A DNA stretch of 20,000 nucleotides, from the IMG/VR virus record IMGVR_UViG_3300042261_000615; one strand, given 5' to 3'. The position numbers and the translations under genes are program-made. Each line of letters opens with the position of its first letter. Positions within the stretch are counted from its first letter, which is position 1. This stretch comes from an uncultured virus (IMG/VR IMGVR_UViG_3300042261_000615). Lineage: Duplodnaviria; Heunggongvirae; Uroviricota; Caudoviricetes. Below the pieces are notes generated by a model that saw only the letters and a list, made by a program, of their open reading frames with translations, searched no databases and was not told the DNA's origin. Below are positions 8,392-16,086 of the stretch, in pieces.

Positions 8392-9372
8392 TTATTTCCA
8401 ATTAAATGAGTTTCCCATATGACCCCACTCTGATGTAGAGGCATATTGTGGTGTTCTCAATCCTAAAAATTTAATGATTCCCATTGGTGTTAAATCGTAT
8501 CCTGATACATTATGTTCGACCCCATCTACTAAAATTGTAGCTTGTATGGGGTAGTTGTGTCCTATAGCATAACTTAGTTCAACATACACTTCATTTGCAG
8601 ATGGATTATTCTCCAAATAATCAACCGCAATACGCCGTGCCATATATGAACCACTTCTGTCTACCTTAGTGGCATCCTTACCACTAAAAGCACCACCACC
8701 CACTGGGATTCTGGGCCCATAATTATCTACTATAATCTTCCGACCAGTCAATCCCGTATCGGCATCCAACCCACCAACGTTCCAGTCTCCAGCCGGATTG
8801 CAGTATAAATTGGATATAGTATACCCATACAAATTAAAAAATTCAATACATATAGATTCAAGTTCAGATTTTGGTACATTTTGAAATGAACATACGACTG
8901 ATACGGTTGGAGTACTATTGGGGGAACTGACAGTATCCTCAATAGTTACTTGCGTTTTTCCATCATACGGATAATTAGCATATATAATTCTATTTAACTT
9001 CCTAGCTAAATAATATTCTTGCGGTACAAACTCTTCGTTTTCACGACATGCATATCCAATCATAATACCCTGGTCACCAGCACCACCATTATCAACACCT
9101 TGCGCTATTTCTTGCGATTGTTTGGATAAGTGAATAATTACATCATCGATGCCTGTAATATTTTTCACAACCGATTTGATTGTATCATCGGATATGTGTA
9201 TTGTTGAGGTGACTTCTCCTGTTATAAAAATCTTACCATGCCCGCCGCATACCTCAATTGCGCATCTTGAGTATTTATCACCACACAAATACATATCAAG
9301 TAGCGTATCGGATATTCTATCACAAAGTTTATCGGGGTGGCTGGGGCTTACAAATTCAGCAGTTCTTATCAT
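8392..9372 (-). CDS. metK: S-adenosylmethionine synthetase (methionine adenosyltransferase), compact 326 aa
   Basis: Motifs EFVSPSHPDKLCDRISD, GAGDQGIMIGYA, DGKTQVT, DTGLTGRKIIVDNYG, GGGAFSGKDATKVDRSGSYMAR. Confidence 0.95.
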   Translation of the reverse strand: MIRTAEFVSPSHPDKLCDRISDTLLDMYLCGDKYSRCAIEVCGGHGKIFITGEVTSTIHISDDTIKSVVKNITGIDDVIIHLSKQSQEIAQGVDNGGAGDQGIMIGYACRENEEFVPQEYYLARKLNRIIYANYPYDGKTQVTIEDTVSSPNSTPTVSVVCSFQNVPKSELESICIEFFNLYGYTISNLYCNPAGDWNVGGLDADTGLTGRKIIVDNYGPRIPVGGGAFSGKDATKVDRSGSYMARRIAVDYLENNPSANEVYVELSYAIGHNYPIQATILVDGVEHNVSGYDLTPMGIIKFLGLRTPQYASTSEWGHMGNSFNWK

Positions 9373-9380
9373 AAATACAA

Positions 9381-10034
9381 TTATTGTTTATTAGATATTT
9401 CACGTTTATTATAGTAACTGAAAACCTCATCCAATTGTTTTGGATCCTTAATCCGGTAACGATATTTATCTTCATGCCAAACTTTAACTCCAGTTTTTTC
9501 AAACTCATCGGTGTTGTACCATTTACTACCCTCAATATATGGTTCTTCATTCCAATCATCTGGGAGTTGCTCACGTACAACATCAACATAAAAGGTTTTT
9601 GGTGTAAATGGGAATTCTTTTATGTTCTGCGAACTGCCAATACCTTCGACACGGCCGTTAAACGTATCCCACCATTTATCAGTACCAACCTGATCCGGAA
9701 ATTGACCTCTCCATACTATAGCATGTATGAAATAAGGTATACCACCCTTACCATCTTTGAAAATACCACTTTCTCTTTTATTTTGAAAAGAACCGTCAGC
9801 GTATTCTATCCATTCATCATCATCACCGGTAATAGGTGTTAATACACCATAGTTTGCCAATTTGCTAAATAGTTGTATTGTACCAGGCGCCGAACCACCA
9901 CTGTGCCCTTGGTCGGAAAATAATTGAATCAAATCCATAACGGCTTTGCCGGTCATACCCCCATAAAAATCCCCATCTTCGGAAAACATACCTGCTCTAC
10001 GAAGTTCCTCTTTTGCATGTTCTACTAAACTCAT
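9381..10034 (-). CDS. Conserved hypothetical phage protein (217 aa)
   Basis: Intact ORF with pattern HA..EL...G...QGHSG.SA......F.KL.....LTP.TG.DDEW seen in phage hypothetical proteins. Confidence 0.75.
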   Translation of the reverse strand: MSLVEHAKEELRRAGMFSEDGDFYGGMTGKAVMDLIQLFSDQGHSGGSAPGTIQLFSKLANYGVLTPITGDDDEWIEYADGSFQNKRESGIFKDGKGGIPYFIHAIVWRGQFPDQVGTDKWWDTFNGRVEGIGSSQNIKEFPFTPKTFYVDVVREQLPDDWNEEPYIEGSKWYNTDEFEKTGVKVWHEDKYRYRIKDPKQLDEVFSYYNKREISNKQ

Positions 10035-10084
10035 AACTTGTTTTTTATTTAATTATTTTAATTACTTATCAGTTAATTCTAAAA

Positions 10085-10915
10085 TTATATTGCTAATTCC
10101 AAATTAGCCTTTATTTTTTTTATTTTTTCTACACCAATAATTTCAAAATCATTTACCGAATACTCATAAAAATTTTTATTTTCTTTCAATGTTAATTTTG
10201 GTTGAATATCTATAGGGAATCTTCCTAAAATTTCATTTAACGCATCAAAATGTCTGTCGTATACATGCACGTTTTGAGTCAAATGACAGAATTTACCTGG
10301 CTTATATCCTAAATGTCCGCAAACCATCATTAATAATGCAGTATATTGTATTTTGTTGATATATCCGGCGACTAAATAATCATTTGATCTTTGGACAAGT
10401 GTTAAGTCTAAATAATATTCATTGTTTATTTCTCTAACTGACCAAATTGTTTGAAAAGCGCACGGATATAATCCATCGGAAGATTCAAATTCATCATATT
10501 GGTACATATCGATTATGTGTCTTCTACTAAAAGGGTCATTTTTCAGCCCATCCAATAGTTTATTCATAAGGTCATATTTTTTTATTGTATACCCATATCG
10601 GTTGCCAATAGTATTATTACCTATATTCCAGTCATCCCACCATTTTATACCTAAGTTGTGAGCATCATTTAATGAACTTGATTGTTTTTGATATATCCAT
10701 AGAATTTCTTTTATACCAGTTTTAACTGCGGTATTTCTTAATGTTGGTATTGGATACTCACCCTTAGAAATATCATATTCTTCAAATACTTGTGTGATAA
10801 ATTTACTATTCGCTGGAGTACCATCTATATATTTAGGTCTTGGATTTTTATCCCACGACCCATTGTTAATTATATCGTTTAAGTTTTTAATATAATACCA
10901 ATCCGCCTTATTCAT
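10085..10915 (-). CDS. thyA: Thymidylate synthase ThyA (Bacillus ThyA/ThyP3-like subtype)
   Basis: PFSRRHI, LYPCAF (catalytic Cys), QRSND, INKIQY (dUMP-specifying Asn), HVYDRH. Probable start is MNKADWYY at 10915. Confidence 0.93.
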   Translation of the reverse strand: MNKADWYYIKNLNDIINNGSWDKNPRPKYIDGTPANSKFITQVFEEYDISKGEYPIPTLRNTAVKTGIKEILWIYQKQSSSLNDAHNLGIKWWDDWNIGNNTIGNRYGYTIKKYDLMNKLLDGLKNDPFSRRHIIDMYQYDEFESSDGLYPCAFQTIWSVREINNEYYLDLTLVQRSNDYLVAGYINKIQYTALLMMVCGHLGYKPGKFCHLTQNVHVYDRHFDALNEILGRFPIDIQPKLTLKENKNFYEYSVNDFEIIGVEKIKKIKANLELAI

Positions 10916-10919
10916 CTCT

Positions 10920-11108
10920 TTATACTCCGTTATCAGTAAAATCAATCAAATCAACAGAATCCGATAAGTACCCCATAGCTTTAGCAAGAGATTTGAACAT
11001 TTCCAAAAACTCATCCAGTGATACATCGCTATTCGCATATTCAATTGTAACCTTTTCATTATGATGTTGACCGGTAAGTATAAATGGTTTCGATAAATCT
11101 GTATTCAT
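10920..11108 (-). CDS. Hypothetical protein (62 aa)
   Basis: Intact ORF between the DfrB-like ORF and thyA, with tight spacing. Confidence 0.65.
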   Translation of the reverse strand: MNTDLSKPFILTGQHHNEKVTIEYANSDVSLDEFLEMFKSLAKAMGYLSDSVDLIDFTDNGV

Positions 11109-11113
11109 GTATT

Positions 11114-11287
11114 TTATTCTGTTAAATGTTCTAATTGATTCTCATTAAAAATATGTAGCAATCCATATTTATCCATCTCAGCGACAACACGTGTTTCACC
11201 AGCTAATGTCTTAAACACACTCACAATTGTACATGGGAATTCATACCCATTGGGTTTGAATGCTTTATCACCTATATTAAATTTCAT
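11114..11287 (-). CDS. SH3-fold R67/DfrB-like (type II dihydrofolate reductase-like) protein, 57 aa
   Basis: Below the track's length cut-off. MKFNIGDKAFKPNGYEFPCTIVSVFKTLAGETRVVAEMDKYGLLHIFNENQLEHLTE* aligns with the R67 core (residues 24-76) with a single 1-residue gap. Fills the intergenic gap almost exactly. Confidence 0.65.
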   Translation of the reverse strand: MKFNIGDKAFKPNGYEFPCTIVSVFKTLAGETRVVAEMDKYGLLHIFNENQLEHLTE

Positions 11288-11295
11288 AATTTCAT

Positions 11296-12006
11296 CTATT
11301 TTTCAAGTTCAATGTAAAATGGTGGATATGCTGGAGTATAATACTCATCAAGATGACTTACGTTAACAGTTCTCCACACATTACTGAACGTATGGTCTCC
11401 ACCGTGTATATGCCCACATACATGAAGTTTATGATTAAGGTGTTGGATTCTGTCTGCTAATGGTTTATTACCTAAATGTTCAAACAATCTTACGTTTCTG
11501 TGTTGAGGGGCTTCCATTATAACATCAACATCACCACATGCAAATGGTGGGTCATGTGATACAATTATATCAACGTTTTCAGACATCTCAGAGAATTTAG
11601 AAACCATATATTCCTCTTTTCGCATAAAAGGCCAGTTTCCAAAGATATGGCAATACGGTGTACCAAATATATGCCAATCAGTGTCTTCCATCTTATATGT
11701 CCAATTTTCATTCTTAAGATATATAAGCTTATAGTTAGTAGCAGTTAGTAGATTATCGATATCCGTTTTTGATGCGGATTCAAACCACGCGTCGTGATTG
11801 CCGGGTACAAACACTACTTTATCGGCTGGTATGGATTTCACCCATTCCGCAAATTCATCTAAAACCCATTCGGTCATTTTCAATTTTTGAAATTGAATAT
11901 AGATTGGACTTATATCACCGGCTATTAAGAATAAATCACAACTATCTGTGATTTCCGGCAAATATCCGTGTAAATCGGATACCGCGCATATTTTTATCTT
12001 TCCCAT
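11296..12006 (-). CDS. Calcineurin-like metallophosphoesterase
   Basis: Motifs SDLHG, AGD, PGNHD, SHDPP, CGHIH. Confidence 0.9.
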   Translation of the reverse strand: MGKIKICAVSDLHGYLPEITDSCDLFLIAGDISPIYIQFQKLKMTEWVLDEFAEWVKSIPADKVVFVPGNHDAWFESASKTDIDNLLTATNYKLIYLKNENWTYKMEDTDWHIFGTPYCHIFGNWPFMRKEEYMVSKFSEMSENVDIIVSHDPPFACGDVDVIMEAPQHRNVRLFEHLGNKPLADRIQHLNHKLHVCGHIHGGDHTFSNVWRTVNVSHLDEYYTPAYPPFYIELEK

Positions 12007-12007
12007 T

Positions 12008-12190
12008 TTATTCAGTTATTATAATATCGTTTCCATTTCTATCGGTAAGAAATACCTTTCGTTCAATCATTAGTGGTAACATCTCAACACTGAATTTCAG
12101 CAATGTATGATTACCATCCTTTAATGTATAGAGGTTTCCATCAAATTCCAATTCCGAAACCTTTACGACTCTGTATTTACTATCATTCAT
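12008..12190 (-). CDS. Hypothetical protein (60 aa)
   Basis: ATGA overlap with the uvsE stop; 1-nt gap to the next gene. Confidence 0.6.
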   Translation of the reverse strand: MNDSKYRVVKVSELEFDGNLYTLKDGNHTLLKFSVEMLPLMIERKVFLTDRNGNDIIITE

Positions 12191-13074
12191 GCTGCCAGTT
12201 TTTTTAAGTGTGGTAATATTGCAAGTTCCTTAGCCTTAGCTTCTATCATCAAATCCACATCAAACCCATATGTATCAGGTAATGATTGAATAAAATCCGA
12301 ATGGGCTTGTGGTTTTTTGAAATTTGCCGATTCTGAATAATGAATAACTGGTAATATCCCATTCTTCCAAGTTGAAACTGCCAATGCTAATGCATCCTTT
12401 TCAGCCATACCCCCATTACAAAATTTGTGATGGTGATAATCAAAAACAATAGGAATGCCAATCTTATTATGAATATACATCAAATCATTTACAGAATACA
12501 TAGATACTTTATCATCGTTCTCAACCGAAATCCGAGTCTTAACACTATCGGATAATCGATTATAATTGTTACAGAATCTATCCATTGCTGATAACTTATC
12601 ACCATACACCCCATTACAATGTATGTTTATTTTATTATAGGTAGTTCTACTCAACCCCATCATATCAAATATCAATCCGTGCATTTCCAAATCTTTTATA
12701 GCATTTACTACAACTTCTTCGCGTGGTGAAGTCAATACTACAAATGGGCCGGGATGCGATGTGATACGAATACCATTTGATTTTGCGTAATCACCGGCTT
12801 CCCTCAAAACGGTTTTAATCTTTTCGAAATCTTTGAGTTTGGTTAAGTCATCAATCTTGTCTCCCCACGGAATTATAGCGGATGATAATCTAAAAAAATA
12901 GATACCATTATCAACATTCCACCGCAATATCTTAATAATATCCGATGCATTTGCCAATGCCAACTCCGAAACATAATCCAATCCTTTACTATTGAAAGTT
13001 TTTAATGTCATTGCACGATTTGTGGTAATTTTCTTACCCAGTGATGTACATATACAAGCGTAACCCAAATTCAT
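12187..13074 (-). CDS. uvsE: UV DNA damage endonuclease (UvsE/UVDE)
   Basis: Motifs LGYACI, FFRLSS, RITSHPGPFVVL, INIH, SVENDD, VFDYHHH, IHYSES, HSD, MIEAKAKELA. Confidence 0.93.
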   Translation of the reverse strand: MNLGYACICTSLGKKITTNRAMTLKTFNSKGLDYVSELALANASDIIKILRWNVDNGIYFFRLSSAIIPWGDKIDDLTKLKDFEKIKTVLREAGDYAKSNGIRITSHPGPFVVLTSPREEVVVNAIKDLEMHGLIFDMMGLSRTTYNKINIHCNGVYGDKLSAMDRFCNNYNRLSDSVKTRISVENDDKVSMYSVNDLMYIHNKIGIPIVFDYHHHKFCNGGMAEKDALALAVSTWKNGILPVIHYSESANFKKPQAHSDFIQSLPDTYGFDVDLMIEAKAKELAILPHLKKLAA

Positions 13075-13111
13075 TTTTTTACATATTTTGGTTCAACATA
13101 GTTTTATCACA

Positions 13112-13142
13112 CAAATATAATAAAAAAATCCCAAATCACAAA
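13112..13142 (-). promoter_or_regulatory. Bacteroidota primary-sigma promoter for the uvsE operon
   Basis: Minus strand: TTTG (13142-13139), 19-nt spacer, TATATTTG (13119-13112). Confidence 0.7.
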
Positions 13143-13154
13143 ATGATCTGGGAT
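13122..13154 (-). terminator. Intrinsic terminator
   Basis: Minus-strand RNA AUCCCAGAUCA-UUUUG-UGAUUUGGGAU followed by a U-run; 11-bp stem with one G-U pair, downstream of the 59-aa ORF. Confidence 0.7.
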
Positions 13155-13178
13155 AAATTTTTTTCAAAATATCAGTTT

Positions 13179-13358
13179 TCAAGATATATTGACAACATCA
13201 TTAGACATTTCAACTAATTTGGAGATTTCTTTCAGTAACCGAATCGCTTCTTCTTCAGAAGAATATCGTTTACCACTTAACATTTCAAGCAGTATGACAA
13301 CACGTTTATCTATACTATTTAAGTTTTCCAAAACACGTTCTTTGTATTCAAATTTCAT
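13179..13358 (-). CDS. Small helical hypothetical protein (59 aa)
   Basis: Not in the track. MKFEYKERVLENLNSIDKRVVILLEMLSGKRYSSEEEAIRLLKEISKLVEMSNDVVNIS*, preceded by an ATATTTATA motif and followed by a terminator. Confidence 0.65.
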   Translation of the reverse strand: MKFEYKERVLENLNSIDKRVVILLEMLSGKRYSSEEEAIRLLKEISKLVEMSNDVVNIS

Positions 13359-13430
13359 AATATTTATGTTTTAATTGTATATATAAATATATTCATCGGA
13401 TAGTTTTCGTAAAAACGTATTAACTATTGA

Positions 13431-14087
13431 TTAACCATTTATATATTGGGAGTGTTCCAATCGGCAACTCATATGGTCTGCCCAATGAATTATATAGGGT
13501 AGTTCGGTTTTAAGTTGATAATCTTCCGAATACGATACGAAGTATTGTTTAGATGCTTCATTATACAAACCATCAGCGAGCATTATACCCAACATTTCTT
13601 TTTGTGAAAACTTTAATCCGTATTGGTTCAACAACCATAATGCCCTATGGGTCACATCCATATAATGCAAATCTCCGTTTTGTACAAAGATTTCTTTTTT
13701 ATTCTTTCGATGCCAATCACTGTCTTGCGGTATATAATATGGTAGTTTTCCATCACCAAGTTTACCCAAATCGTGATGAAGTGCGGCAAACAACATTTCC
13801 TCAATTGTAAAATCGATGAAACCGCCGGCATCTCTGAATTGTTTCAGCATACCCATAGAATTTTTACATACATTCATAACATGGTCGACGTACCCCCCAA
13901 CATATGCTGAATGAAAATGCAATTTACCGCTGGCAGGCGCTACCGATAATTCACTCCCAAGCTCTGATTCGGAATACATAAATAACAATTTTTCCAATCG
14001 GTCGGGGTTTCCAGCAAATGCTTTTTTTATAAAAGCAATAAACTTCTCATAGTTTTCAACTAATTGTTCATCTGTGTAATTTTTCAT
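13431..14087 (-). CDS. HD-domain phosphohydrolase (YhaM-like)
   Basis: APAS...HSAYVGGYVDHV, LHHDLGKLG, IIHWADHM. Confidence 0.85.
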   Translation of the reverse strand: MKNYTDEQLVENYEKFIAFIKKAFAGNPDRLEKLLFMYSESELGSELSVAPASGKLHFHSAYVGGYVDHVMNVCKNSMGMLKQFRDAGGFIDFTIEEMLFAALHHDLGKLGDGKLPYYIPQDSDWHRKNKKEIFVQNGDLHYMDVTHRALWLLNQYGLKFSQKEMLGIMLADGLYNEASKQYFVSYSEDYQLKTELPYIIHWADHMSCRLEHSQYING

Positions 14088-14104
14088 AACTTTTATTTAA
14101 TATT

Positions 14105-14305
14105 TTATTTCAACGGAAATAATGCAACGATACTGATTAAAAATATTATCGATAGAGCCACCATAGCTACAAATACGATAGGAATCCACAATGGAAGTGT
14201 TATCCACCACCAACTCCATCCGATAACACCAGTCAACTTCAATACGGAAAGTATCGAAAATAGTACGATGCTTAATCTAAAATCCTTATACCATTTACTT
14301 TTCAT
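14105..14305 (-). CDS. Small two-helix membrane protein
   Basis: LKLTGVIGWSWWWITLPLW motif flanked by hydrophobic helices, a common small phage membrane-protein pattern. Confidence 0.7.
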   Translation of the reverse strand: MKSKWYKDFRLSIVLFSILSVLKLTGVIGWSWWWITLPLWIPIVFVAMVALSIIFLISIVALFPLK

Positions 14306-14314
14306 ATCATTTTA

Positions 14315-14689
14315 TCATTTAACCTCCATAATTATTCCATTTAATCTAAACGGATTCACTCGTTCCCATCTCGTTATATGGTTTGAATCAACAGGTTTAC
14401 CACCCATCCCATAATTCACCATAAGGGTGATATGCGGTATTTCATTAGTACTATAGATATTACCATCAACCTTAACGGCAATTGCTTTATCAGACCAACC
14501 CAAATGCGTTACCGTTAATGTAATGGATTCTCCAATCAATGGTTTCAATTTAGTTGGGAGTTCGCCCATTTTTATAGTCGAATGATGACCTACGTACCTC
14601 CACCCATCTGGTTTATTTTTCAAATGAGTGTTAAACCAGTCAGCCAACTTTGATGCTGATTTTTTATCTAAAACTATTGCTGAATACAT
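14315..14689 (-). CDS. 2H phosphoesterase (2',3'-cyclic phosphodiesterase-like)
   Basis: Two HxT motifs (HSTI and HITL), plus a GGKPVDSN..I..W tail resembling tRNA-ligase CPDase domains. Confidence 0.7.
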   Translation of the reverse strand: MYSAIVLDKKSASKLADWFNTHLKNKPDGWRYVGHHSTIKMGELPTKLKPLIGESITLTVTHLGWSDKAIAVKVDGNIYSTNEIPHITLMVNYGMGGKPVDSNHITRWERVNPFRLNGIIMEVK

Positions 14690-14690
14690 A

Positions 14691-15149
14691 TTATAATAAT
14701 TTTTCTAAAACTTCCACCCACGTCGGAAACTCTGCTGTTCCAAAGTGAATATGTTCTCCATTAAACTCACCAGCGCCATTCTTTGTACGGTCATCAATTA
14801 AATAATCACCATGTAACATATTTTTTTCATGGGTTGCCGTTACCTTTCGATTGAACATATCGCCAAAGTATTTTTCCAAAAATAGAATCTTATCCAAATA
14901 AGCGGATGGGTTATTCCAAGGAACAGAAGTTGCGATTTTTAATTCATACTTCCCACTTTCATATAATTTGTGAATGGCATCCACAGCACCATATATTGGT
15001 GGTAAATCTGAAAATATCCCACAAATACGGTCTTCCTCACCTACACATTCCGCCATAAGTTCAGGATACCTTTCCTTATACTCATTCAATCGTTTAACAA
15101 AGTCAGCAACAACACCATCTAAATCAATCCAAATTATCTTTTTAATCAT
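14691..15149 (-). CDS. 5'(3')-deoxyribonucleotidase, HAD superfamily (NT5C-like)
   Basis: DLDGVVADF (HAD motif I), IATS, K, GDYLIDDR. Confidence 0.9.
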   Translation of the reverse strand: MIKKIIWIDLDGVVADFVKRLNEYKERYPELMAECVGEEDRICGIFSDLPPIYGAVDAIHKLYESGKYELKIATSVPWNNPSAYLDKILFLEKYFGDMFNRKVTATHEKNMLHGDYLIDDRTKNGAGEFNGEHIHFGTAEFPTWVEVLEKLL

Positions 15150-15168
15150 TCATATCACTTTTACAATA

Positions 15169-15199
15169 CAAATATACGAAAAAATTATTCAATAGCATA
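15169..15199 (-). promoter_or_regulatory. Bacteroidota-type promoter (perfect -7 box, near-match -33)
   Basis: TATATTTG at 15176-15169, in the same TTTTTTCGTATATTTGTAT context as the 7724 site; TATG instead of TTTG at 19-nt spacing. Confidence 0.65.
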
Positions 15200-15235
15200 A
15201 CTATTATTCAATTATTTATATTATTTTTTCGTAAA

Positions 15236-16042
15236 TTAATCATCATCGTTTTGTATATCATCGGATTTCATTATTTCGTATAAGTTCTTTTCACCAAGAA
15301 GTATTTGCCGTGTGGCTTCATATTTGCTTAGTACACGTTTGACAATTCCAGATCTTACACAATCATCCGGCAGAAATTCAATCTGATATACCCCCTTAAC
15401 CCCCGCCAATCTGTACCATAAATCATAAAAACCACTTTTTACATAATGGTTTCCATTATCCCTACCCATAAACTTATCGCATTGAGAAAGGTCACCCTGT
15501 ATAACCAGTTTACTATCATCGGATATACGGGTAACTAATGTTTTTATCTGAAGTATAGATGCATTTTGAGCCTCATCCAATATAATGAATGTATTTTCAA
15601 AATTCATACCCCTTAAAAAATTCAATACTCGGAATTCAATCTTACCATTATCTATAAGTCGCTTGGTTTCGACGGGACCTATTATCTTATTCAATATGAA
15701 AACCGATGATTCGTTTTGAAACTCTATTTTTTCCATCAAATCACCCGGTAGAAACCCCAACCTATCCTCACCCGCAACATCAATTGTAGGTTTTATTATA
15801 ACCAACTTATCAATACAACTATCACGATCTAATAACATCTCAAGTCCGGCATGTATGGAAATATGAGTTTTTCCAGCACCAGCCAATGCGTGTGCCAGAA
15901 TAATGTTATGGGTTTGATGTGTGATTGATTTGTATAACCGCTTTTGATTTAATGTCTTAAATTTTATTTTTTTAATGATTCGGGTGGGAACTGCAATTGG
16001 TTCTAATGATTCTTCAATACTTTTAATCCGATTCGATTTCAT
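15236..16042 (-). CDS. phoH: PhoH-family ATPase
   Basis: ALAGAGKT Walker A, LGFLPGDL.EK, LRGMNF, ILDEAQN, GDLSQCD, DCVRSGIV. Confidence 0.9.
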   Translation of the reverse strand: MKSNRIKSIEESLEPIAVPTRIIKKIKFKTLNQKRLYKSITHQTHNIILAHALAGAGKTHISIHAGLEMLLDRDSCIDKLVIIKPTIDVAGEDRLGFLPGDLMEKIEFQNESSVFILNKIIGPVETKRLIDNGKIEFRVLNFLRGMNFENTFIILDEAQNASILQIKTLVTRISDDSKLVIQGDLSQCDKFMGRDNGNHYVKSGFYDLWYRLAGVKGVYQIEFLPDDCVRSGIVKRVLSKYEATRQILLGEKNLYEIMKSDDIQNDDD

Positions 16043-16086
16043 AAACTATAATTTAATGTTAGCATAACCAAATTTATTAAAATCAT

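Noticed and set aside
10085..10915. ThyA homolog as a dCMP hydroxymethylase or other base-modification enzyme
   Set aside because: It retains the dUMP-specifying Asn (INKIQY) and standard ThyA motifs, so a canonical thymidylate synthase is the simplest call.
15175..15233. 11-bp inverted repeat TACGAAAAAAT / ATTTTTTCGTA
   Set aside because: Mostly A/T with a 37-nt gap; could be chance or a degenerate promoter copy, and no function can be supported.
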